Source: Lepidodermella squamata (Eukaryota; Animalia; Gastrotricha). Taken from it: a DNA stretch of 64,000 nt. Under the pieces are notes generated by a model, which ran no database searches, had not been told where the DNA came from, and was given only the letters and a program-made list of their open reading frames with translations. Below, piece after piece: positions 35,122 to 44,976 of this stretch; position 1 is the first letter of the stretch, and each line of letters starts with the position of its first letter. The stretch lies in the NCBI GenBank assembly GCA_047495785.1, contig JBLDXI010000046.1, positions 558,001 through 622,000 of the forward strand, read 5' to 3'. A program made the translations under genes and the position numbers.

Positions 35122-37489
35122 CAGGGTGTTTCAGAACTCGCGCACTATATGAATAGCATGCGGCAAATGCGCGCGCATTGTTATGCGCATACACTATTAT
35201 ACGCGTATACTATTTTACCTATAAATGTACCACACACTACTGTAGTCAGCGTATAAAATATGCGTAATACATAAATGTACAGCATACATAATAGCACTGC
35301 CGTAGTTATTTTCTGGTGGAAACCTTCGAGCCTCGATAAATTTGAGCCGAGTTTCATTGAATATCTTTTTTATTTCGAGGATGATGTCATGTTTTTCTGA
35401 AACATGCTGATTGATTGGACTCTGAAGCGAGAGGTTTCAAAACAATTTCTCAAATTCCGTGGCTGGATATTTCAGAAATTGATGATTTCTGAGAAAATTC
35501 TGATTTTACTTGATGTTGAATTTGTCGAAAAATCGCTGGTTAATTAGTCTCCTGCCTTGGCATCAAAATTTCTTTCACGTTGCATTAATTCAAGGCCCCG
35601 ACCGCACATGTTGATAAAAAATGACGATGATCTAAACCACTGGCGAATGTTATACATCAAGCGAAGACAGAAAATGAAGGTTTGCAGTTCATTACGTGGA
35701 CTTAATGTAGCAATCTGATTTCGTGGATAACTAATCGAAATTTCCTTGAAATTACAATCAAGAAATCAGGAGCAAAATGTTGAAGGATAAATATCGAACA
35801 ATTCATGGCTAGATTTTATACAATCTTCGAAAAAGCCAAGAAAAGGTGAGAAATTGGAATTTTCCAGCCTTCAGGCTCCAGCATCTCCAAAAATCCGTGG
35901 ATGCCAATTGTATATTTTCACATCACTAAACAGCCAGAGATGTGCTTAACAAGGCCAGTAAGTCGCGCAAAATTTCTATCCACGGGGTTCGCAAGGAGAC
36001 GCATGTCAAATGTGACAAAAATCGTCGTTGAGAGGCTGTTTTCGGCCGCGAACGGGTCATCTTTGGGACCCTCCCTCTTGAATACCCGTGGATGGATTTT
36101 TGATTTCTTGACATCGTTAGATAGCCTAAGATGAGCTCTACAAGGCTGGTTGGTCGCGCCGAAAGTCTATCCACGGACATCGCAAGGAGACGCATGTCAA
36201 ACGACGCGAAAACCGTCGTAGAGAGCCTTTTTCCGCTACAACCGGGTCAACTTTACAACCCTCCCTCTTGAATACCCGTGGATGGATTTTTGATTTCTTG
36301 ACATCGTTAGATAGCCTAAGATGAGCTCTACAAGGCTGGTTGGTCGCGCCGAAAGTCTATCCACGGACATCGCAAGGAGACGCATGTCAAACGACGCGAA
36401 AACCGTCGTAGAGAGCCTTTTTCCGCTACAACCGGGTCAACTTTACAACCCTCCCTCTTGAATACCCGTGGATGGATTTTTGATTTCTTGACATCGTTAG
36501 ATAGCCTAAGATGAGCTCTACAAGGCTGGTTGGTCGCGCCGAAAGTCTATCCACGGACATCGCAAGGAGACGCATGTCAAACGACGCGAAAACCGTCGTA
36601 GAGAGCCTTTTTCCGCCCTTAAACGGGTCATCTTTGGGACCCTCACTCTAAGAATTCCGTGGATGGATTTTCGATTTCTTGATATCGTTAGAAAGCCCAA
36701 GAGCTGGTCTACCAGGCTGGTTTGTCGCGCAAAAAGTCTATCCACAGGGTTCGTAAGGAATCGCATGTCAAATGTCACAAAAATCGTCGTAGTTGGGCCG
36801 TTTAAGGTAACGTCAATGTTGCTGCGTCCATTCTTATGCAAGTGGTAAACGACATTTTCCCGTGGAATCGACTAAGTTTTTGCTTTCAAATTTTAGCTCA
36901 CAGAAATTTTTAAACTCAATCAGAGTGTTGCAACATTACCTTTACTCACGACTTTTTTCACTTCCTCTCAATTTTTACTGCTCTTTTCAAGAGTGAATGA
37001 ACGTGAAATCAAATTCATGGAATAAAACAACAGCAACGGCGTAAAAATTACATTATCTGGAATAATTTTCATCATATCTGTTTTGCAAACTCGAAATTAT
37101 TCATAGCCGCATTAAGAACCTGTCCTGTTGGAGGTTTCTTCATTGAGAAATCGGCAAATTTCCAGATATTTTGCAAGAGCAAGTCTTATTTCCTAGCGAT
37201 ATTCCCATTACTGCAGCAGTGTTACGGTATATACGCGGTATATACGAGTTCGATTTGCGCATGTTATAATGCGCGCATACCGCTTGCACGCCATATGGGA
37301 CGTATAACGCCAACTACATAGCATATACGCATTACACGCATTACCGTTTGCGCTAGCCGCGCCTTATACTATGCAAAAATATAAACATATGTGCGCGGAA
37401 TGTATGCGCAGCGCGCGCACGTTTACTCTGGATACCAAGGCAACCATTTGCCGCAGGTTATTTTAGTGCGCAAGTTCTGAAACACCCTG
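35122..37489. mobile_element. Non-autonomous Tc1/mariner-type TIR element with TA target duplication
   Basis: TIR CAGGGTGTTTCAGAACT(C/T)GCGCACTA, with gapped similarity to about 46 bp. TA at 35120-21 and 37490-91. Removal restores the Rep reading frame. No transposase ORF seen. Confidence 0.9.
35881..36830. repeat. Five-copy 190-bp tandem repeat
   Basis: CTCCCTCTTGAATACCCGTGG recurs at 36071, 36261 and 36451 (period 190); diverged copies start near 35881 and 36641. Confidence 0.95.
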
Positions 37490-40400
37490 TATAGGTGCAA
37501 GGTGTTCTTGTCAACTCCAGTTTCTGTTACTAATTTTTGAGGGAATTTGAATCTACAAAGCGATCTCTTTTTACTTGCTTTTCTAGTAATTTTACCGCAC
37601 GTGAAAGTATGTGTATAGCCGTGGATCTGGTCTTTTCGCAAACTCTTGGTCAATTGAACATGCCGAACACGCTTGTTTATTGAGAAACCTCCAGGTAATA
37701 GTCGAATTTTATTTATATTTTCATCGCTGATTTCCATTATTTCCTCAGGCGTGAAATCCTGAGTTTTCATTTCTATTGCGGTATCAATAACTTCATCATT
37801 GGTATGGGATTTTTTGCAGTTTTTACACTGTGCTACTATCGGCGGCGGTGTTGTTTTCTGTAGAATATGTGAGTACATTCGGTCGACTTTTACCGGCTCC
37901 AAATAACCACCGCAGTTGTTAGCATTACACAAAATTGCGTTTTCTGCTGGTAAGTCCCAAAATACTGGTAATTCAGTTTTGATTAATTCGTTAAGAAATT
38001 TCAGATACGTGTTGCTGAAATCGACGTCATTCATTAGTTTGATGAATTCATCGCGGTCGCGAGGAAATCCTACAATCCAAGCTACGCCATGGCAATGGAT
38101 TCTCAGTCTAGCCTGCGATTCGGGCGCAAAATACAAACTTTCCACGTGGCCCAATAACCCAGGTTTTTTCTTTGGTTGTTTCTTTTTTAGATCAAATGCA
38201 AATAATATTTCCATTATACAGGTTATACAAAGCCAATAATATCGAGCTTGAAGTACAGGATTGTTACTGACTATGCGAATCATTTCCGAAGGTGAAGGCA
38301 TCATCCAGCTAGCTAAAGCACTGCTTTCGTCGGGCAATATTTCTCTCTGGCAGTTTGCTCCGTTCCAAAATGAAACTAACAACGAAGAATCTGGTTTCGG
38401 CGTGAACGTAAAGAAAAGGGACGGTATGCCGCGGTAAATGATTATCGAGTCAAGGTTTCGCTGAAAATCAGTACGCTCTTCGTTGCTGCCGAGTCGCGCA
38501 GAAACACTGGCTGATATGGTATTTAATATGTCTCTTTCTTCGTTGTCTGTGAGAATTTGTTCATTGAAATATCTTCGCTTTTTATTAAGAGAATCAGTTT
38601 GAACTGCGGTATATATATCAGCGCCTGTTAGCTTCGCTACATTTGGTATAACATGCGGCTTTATTTTAGTTTTAACTTTGAGCTGCCTTATAATGCTCTC
38701 TTTGCTTATGTAGTCGTACAGTACTAACTTGAAAGTGGGATGCGTAGCAAAAGTTTCGGTAGATAACATGAGGTAATGTTTAGCTAATTCAAAGAGAGTG
38801 TAATGATGAGCACGCCCTTCTTTCAAACCTCCGCACCCGTATTGAAATAAACATGGAAACACTTTCTCGAAAAACAAATCGTCAGTAGCTTTTAATATTG
38901 TTGTTGATCTGTGTGCAACAAACGTATTTCCCTCAGGTGTTCCGTTGAGAAGTAAATTAACGGCTTTCTGCGTCAATTTATCATTCTTATGTTTCGCGTC
39001 TATAATTACAACTTCCGTCTCCGAGAATGCATTCGACTGAGATATGTTATCATCTTCTGTCGTGTCTGCCACAGATTTTCGTATTTTTCTGGCGTTATTT
39101 ATAAGTTCTCGGGTTGTATCATCCTCAGGAAGCCGAAAAATAACATCATTGATGTCTCCCAAGGGACCATTATTTTTTGGAAAGTGTTCAAATAAAGGAT
39201 TAATACGAATGCATTCTTCGTGTAATTGTCTCACAATTTTAGGGTCAAATTGCAGTTTCGTAGCCATGAGTAATTCCTGATCGCTCGTTATGGGGCCAGC
39301 CATTATAACTTTAGCGACGCCATCTTTTAGAGATTGCGGAAGACTAGATGCAATAGTAGCTTCGTAATTATCCCAACAAATCAAATTGCTGCTGAGTGTA
39401 TTACCAACTCCGCCGAAAACTACACGTATATTGCCGGATACACGAGCCAGTGAAATGCACTGAGTTGCTATATAACCTGCATCTGAAAACATTCTGTTGT
39501 TTCCCAGCACAAAATGGTCGGCAATCGCAAATTTAGGAACCTCAAATGATTGCTTCGTACCCTTTGACAATTTTTTCTCTACTTCGTTCAGGTAAATCAA
39601 TATATCAGTGGTAATCCAACAAAAGTAGGCTTTCTCAGCTTCGTCAAAGTAAAACGACCTCGGTGATAGCAAAAGGCGATTTAATCTGGAATTAAATTTA
39701 TTACAGTCGTATGACTCAAACATGGGCTCGGTAGTCCACGGTTTATTTCCACAAAAATACGCAAGCGCTTGGAATGGAAGATTATCACACCTGACTGACG
39801 TACATTCAAACATTGGAGTATAGAGATCAGTAACAAGGCATATTTTATGATCATATCGCTTCTGCAAAAATTCCAGTGCATCAGAAACAAGTTTTTCGCG
39901 GTAGTCGTCACTAGCAACAAAGATTTCATGGGATTCATTCAAAATGGTTATTTCGTCATGAGTCAGTAAAGAATCTGTTTTGGCATCAAAGGAGTCATTT
40001 AAGGAGTCAATGATATTAGTTGATTTAGTTTTCTTGATCTTGTTATATCGGTCTCTGTGCTGGCGAGCATCACTTTCAAGCCGTCGCTGATGTTCTACAT
40101 CAGTTTCGGTTGATCGACGCGTTGCTGCGTCGAATCTTGCCTTATCCAGGCGCTGACGTTTTCGGGCGACATCTTCAGCAGCACGCTGAGCCGACATACT
40201 CTCGCGTTTCTTCAACAAGTGACCGGCTCGACTAGCGTTGTCTTCAGTCGCCTTCCTCTTGGCATAGGACGACTTTTTTCGTTCGAGGCGCGCGCTTCGG
40301 TTTGTAAAGTCGACAGTCTGGTTCACAACAATGGAATCATCGGTAACCAGGCGCGGCCCGTTCGCTGCATCGTCATCGGCTGATGTTTCAGCATTCATGC

Positions 40401-40986
40401 CCTCGTTTCAGTTGTCGTGAGGAATACGATGATAATTTTATCAAAATAAAATATATGAATTTTTCTAAAACGATACGATACGGTTAGTCCAAATATGCAG
40501 TAAAAATGCATAGCGTAAGACAATACTATGATATACGACACTATGATAAAAGATATAATTTTAATGGAAACTAGCAGAAACTTCTTACTTCAATACTTCA
40601 ATACTTTGTCTATCCAAGTTAGGTAAAAACATCACACGATTCTTACTTCCTTACAGCGGTTTGCATACAGCGGTGAGCAAGCTGCAACATTTGTTGGGCC
40701 AAAGGATAACATTCGCTTCACACGTCCGCTTGTCGCTGGGGCGCAGCAGCCATACTGCACAGTACTAAAATACCCGGGACCTTGAAAACTCTTGGCGTGT
40801 TTCTTGGATTAGAAAATAAAAAGACTTATTTGAAATCTATAAATCTGCAGAAACTTAAAGTAAACAGAGAATTGTTGCCGCAGTCGCCCACCACAAACAG
40901 AGAAAAACGGGGGGTCGGCTTCCGCCTAACAGCAGTCCCCCTCCGGGGACCTGCCCAAATCCATGAAACTCATGTTCTCTCCTTAC

Positions 40987-42313
40987 CGAAATCTAGCGGG
41001 GCAAAACCATTCGGAACAAGAGCGAAGTAGAAACTTGACCCGGTATTTTGAGCCGCATTCATGCGTGAAACATTGCCAAATTTGAATGACAACTCAAATC
41101 GAACATTTGGCGATGAAACGCTCTGAATCCATGCCCGGCCCTCAGAATTTGTTGTTATGTTGGGAGGGGATGAAAATCCATCAGTGACAGAAAAATCTCC
41201 AACACTCAACCAATTCACTGGAAATTTGAAAATTGAGCTTAATCGCTGCAACTGACAATATTTTACTCACATTGAGCCAAGTAGTTCGAAGTGAATGATA
41301 TGTTCTGATTCAAAGTTGCCGGTACATTTGGATAATCCGGCAGGCCAGCTAAATGTAAACCAGGCACTGAAGCATTTCGAGGTGGTACCGTAGCTAACTG
41401 GTCCAAGGCAAAAACTCCCAATTTCTTCAACACAATCGCAGATTGGTGATTTCGAATGGCTGCCAATCCAAATTGTTTTTGAGCAATAGTGCTCAGAAAG
41501 GACGAGAGTCCAGTTACGGGCTCGAGTGAAATGCAGTTGTATACAAGGTTAAAACCATCCGGTTGCAACTTAGCTATAGCAACAGATACGGAATCTCGAT
41601 AATGTTGGAAAATCAGTTTAAACTGAACAATTTCGCCGTTTTCGTACTGAACAGAGCATGATGAGCAAGTTTTTGTTGAAGTTATCGCCGGTGGGAATGA
41701 TCCGTAGTAAGCTGCTGAGCTGTTCAGAAAAGCTGCGGATATTTTGGCAATATTCCCTGGGCAAATACTCTGCCACATTGCCAAACCATTCGTGGCACTT
41801 ATCGTATCATCCAGGTCTGATTTTACAGAAACTTCAATAAAAATTGGGGTTATCCGCTGAATGCTTACAGATTGTTGGATAAGCCGATTGGCTGGTTAGA
41901 AACAGGGCGAATAGTGTGCACTTCGATGTTGTTATATTCGGTACGATCGATGATATTAGGAAAAGTTGCTTCAAATCGGAAATCAGCCGTAAAATTGAAC
42001 GGGATCTGAAAGTCTCAAATTTTTCATCAACTCAAGTAACATTTGGATAAATTACGTTGTTTGCCGTGTTTATATACGTTTGGTTCAGCGAATTTAGAGG
42101 CGAGGCAAATCGATAGCCATTTGATGTCCAATTGGCTGGAATCGATTCAGTCCAGCCGTTCAGCGATGAACTTGTGGCGAAATCAAGAGTTAACGGTGTT
42201 AACACTCTCGCTTGTATATTCGGATGCGGAAGAGGTAAAAGGTTGATTTCGGGTGTAATCTGAATGCTAATGCTTAGATGAACTAAGCTTAAAATCAAGA
42301 TGAGGCGAATCAT
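40987..42313 (-). CDS. 5' exons of the split ion-channel gene: signal peptide plus tandem beta-sandwich/lectin-like repeats (probable frameshift near 41962)
   Basis: Signal peptide MIRLILILSLVHLSISI. Short introns 42040-42006, 41868-41817 and about 41270-41218. Last donor G|GTAAGG at 40986. Repeat 2 is completed by the exon near 10800. Confidence 0.65.
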
Positions 42314-42632
42314 TGTTTACAGGGAAATGTCTCTGAATGTCTCCCCTTGAACGAAATGAATTCTCTAGTTCAGATTACGAACTCCCATCGATCCAATGTG
42401 ACCTTGTTGCTTAGAAATTGAGTGCGTAGTGCGTCCTGCTTAGTAAAAATCAATTCAGGATTTGTAAATAGGTGGACTTAAGCTAAATCTCGACTTCTGG
42501 GAGATGGAACGTGTTTACTATTCTGTCGAGCAGTTATTTTAGTACCTAAATTTTTTATTCAGAGCGTTGTATTGCAGCCTGATTTTCAAAGGGCAATAAA
42601 TCAATACACTTTAGTACTTTAGTAACATAGAT

Positions 42633-42870
42633 CTTCTTCTCTTGCAGCTCAGCTAGCTGGCATGGGTAATTTGTGATGAATTCGCAAATCTTGGCTATAG
42701 GAATCTATGATCTATGTTGGATTTCTCGTTGTTAAAAGCAGCCGTCAGACTACTGAGAAGGCAGGGCAAATTCCTCTTGTTCAATTTGGGTAATTCGATA
42801 GCTCTAGTTTTCGCTGTTTCGACAGACTGCTTGGCTTTACTCATCGAGGCTGACGATCAGTTTCGGTAAC
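42633..42870 (+). pseudogene. Deleted fragment of the class C GPCR 3' end
   Basis: Collinear with 8495-8810 (GCAGCTCAGCTAGCTGG, GGGCAAATTCCTC, GGCTGACGATCAGTTTCGG) with several deletions. Confidence 0.85.
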
Positions 42871-44703
42871 CAGTGTGCGACTTAACTCACTTAAAAGAAA
42901 CTTCAGTCTTAAGGGATTCTTATAAGGCACAGTCGATTAGGCTGGTTTGAAGCTCCATAGACTGGATTTCTGCTTTGAAGCTCCATTCTCTGGATTTTGA
43001 CGAAACGCAAGACGGAACTATGCTTTGATTTCCGATACTTGGTTATTTCCAATTACTTTCTTTACTATGAGAAAGCAATTATTGAGCCTTTAGCCTTTTT
43101 TAAATTAAATTAAATTCTTTATTATCAACGGGTAACAAAAAACAAAAAAACGGGTAACTTGAGTTGAGCCTGCACTGTATAATGCAACCCAGGATGTAAT
43201 CATTAGCAATGTTAAGCACTAATGATTAGTAATCATTAGATCGCTGCCGGCCATTGAAATTACTTCTGGAGTCAAAACCGTGCAGATGCAAATGAATCTA
43301 GAGTTTGATAGTCTCTACCGCATATTATAATAAGTCCGCCAAGATAATAAGTTTCCGAAGTGATATCAAATTGCACGATGGCCTTTTTTCCCTGGGTGTG
43401 AAAGAGAAGATATTCAATTACCTCGTAGCAAAATACATCTGTGCTACGTCATTGGCATTGAGACCTTCGCAATCAAGCTATCTCGAAATGGCGTCGAAAC
43501 CTTGGTCGAAACGTCGGGGAAACTGTTGAATGGCACGATTCTCGAAGGTCGTGCCATCGCAGATAATTTTAACGCAGACAATATTTATATTTTTAAGACG
43601 AGTCACTGAGACCAGTCGGGAATTAAGCTCAACGCTGAAAACCGTCCCTTGAAAACCATCTGGTATCTGCGCGTATTTCTTCTTATCCATTTTCAAGAAT
43701 TATGCTGACAATTAGCATTTTCTTGTTTCTAATCCAGTTTGCAGTGGCTGATTCCGCGAGAAACATTCAAGTACTGAACTTGACACCCTACGGAGCGCTA
43801 AGCCCTGACTGGGGCGAGGGTTGCACTGCGACGATACGGCAAACAGCCAAAACCTCATCCCCGGCTGTCACATATCTGCGATTTTCGCAGAGGAGAACTT
43901 TGGTTATCAACAGCCTTCTGCACTCATCAACTTTACTCGAACTTTGGATGAGGGAGCGTCAATCTCGCCAATAAACTTTGCGGGAACTTACTCATCTGGT
44001 TGCATCTATAGCGGTCGTCTCTATCACCACCTCAATATGGTTGGTATCGGAACTTGCAACTTGCAAGAGCTCGAAAATCGAGGCAGGTATCCGAATTTCT
44101 ACGTAGCATATGCATCATCGGCCAGCATCGCTGTATCGACCATTCAGTTGATGAAAGAAATCGGAAATTGGCGAAAAATCGCGATATTCGGGGCGATAAA
44201 TGATGAATATTCGGTTGCAGTCTGTGAGGCAGTGTATCAGAATGCTATCAAAAAAAAAACGTCACTGTTGCTTACTACAACCTTCACGACTCAGTCGAGG
44301 AGGAAAAGAATGTTGCTGTAGTTCTCCGAGCGCAAGATGTCAGAGTAATTTTCTCCGAAGATTACGGCTTCGATTTCCTGAATTTTCTCTGCATTTTATA
44401 CTCGAACGATATTAGGGGTGAACGGTATGTGATTGTGGCTGATATCTTTTCCTATACAGACGTTGACAATCTCCCGGAATCTACTGGAAGTGAGTGCACA
44501 AAAGAAATTATGCTGGCTCAATATCAGCTTGTGTTTTGGGTCGGTCAACTCATGGGCAACAAATCTAGTTCAATCATGTCGGAATTAGGTCACACCGCGG
44601 AGAGTATGGACAGGATTCTCGACGAAAAGTACCTGAACTACCTGGCGACTACGATACGAGGTTCTTATGTTACGATACTGCACTCATGATCACGCTCGGA
44701 TTG

Positions 44704-44911
44704 TGTCAGGATCTAGAACATTCTATGTTCTGGAACCTTCCATGCTCTGGAACCTTCCATGCTCTGGAACCTTCTATGTTCCAGATTATTCCATGGACAT
44801 ATATAAACATCTTTGTTTCTGTATTGATTCAGTTTGTATTATTAAATATTCTCGTTATCAATAAAGGCAATACCTGGCAAATAGCTTCTTGTTTTCACTC
44901 CGCTCCTTACA
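44704..44911 (+). repeat. 5' LTR (208 bp) with 17-bp internal tandem repeats and TATA box
   Basis: Matches the 3' LTR; TCTGGAACCTTCCATGC repeats; TATATAAA near 44800; AATAAA near 44860. Confidence 0.95.
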
Positions 44912-44976
44912 CGATAATACAAACTCTTGCTCTCGGCTAGCCACCTATTGCCTCTCGATCCCGATTCACGCCCGCA

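Larger units (their letters stand above)
30969..40398 (-). pseudogene. Helitron Rep(HUH)-Pif1 helicase-USP(C19) polyprotein broken into three ORFs
   Basis: Rep motifs PSLFFTFT, ESQARLRIHCHGVAW, YAAKYSAK. Helicase motifs GSGGCG, TLHS, ILDEVSM, GDWFQLEPV, LTEQHR, TCHSIQGSTL, YLALSRAR. USP boxes GIRNIGNTCYINASLQ, QQDSRE, HHG..SGHY..YNDD. Interrupted at 37489-35122 and frameshifted near 33575. Confidence 0.9.
28817..40957 (-). mobile_element. Autonomous-type Helentron/Helitron2 rolling-circle transposon, element B (about 12 kb, inactivated)
   Basis: Perfect 13-bp subTIRs at 40957-40945 and 28894-28906 (TGGGCAGGTCCCC). T-run at the 5' end, partial IR beside the 5' subTIR, hairpin TTACGCC...GGCGTAA at 28859-28893. 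Encodes Rep, Pif1 helicase, USP and an OB-fold protein. 3' end approximate. Confidence 0.85.

Noticed and set aside
35881-36830. CRISPR-like array
   Set aside because: Units repeat over their whole 190 bp with no unique spacers, no cas genes are present, and the context is eukaryotic.
35122-37489. Introner-like splicing of the TIR insertion out of the Rep mRNA
   Set aside because: The nearest GT (AGG|GTGTTT) and AG (TACCAG|) give an out-of-frame join, and the helicase is independently broken.
10802-40957. Polinton/Maverick or a classical giant TIR transposon
   Set aside because: No TSD and no PolB, integrase, capsid or DDE transposase. The apparent TIRs are explained by two related Helentron 5' ends, each with its own 3' subTIR and hairpin.
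28817-40957. Canonical Helitron1 with 5'-TC and CTRR-3' ends
   Set aside because: The termini show the subTIR plus hairpin structure of Helentron/Helitron2 instead.
40970-40972. Stop-codon readthrough or recoding (TGA here, TAA at 63474)
   Set aside because: This TGA lies inside a GTAAGG intron whose position is mirrored in repeat 1. TAA, TAG and TGA all end normal genes in the window.
42871-43177. MITE with CAGTG termini
   Set aside because: The TIR match is weak and there is no TSD; possible but not supportable.
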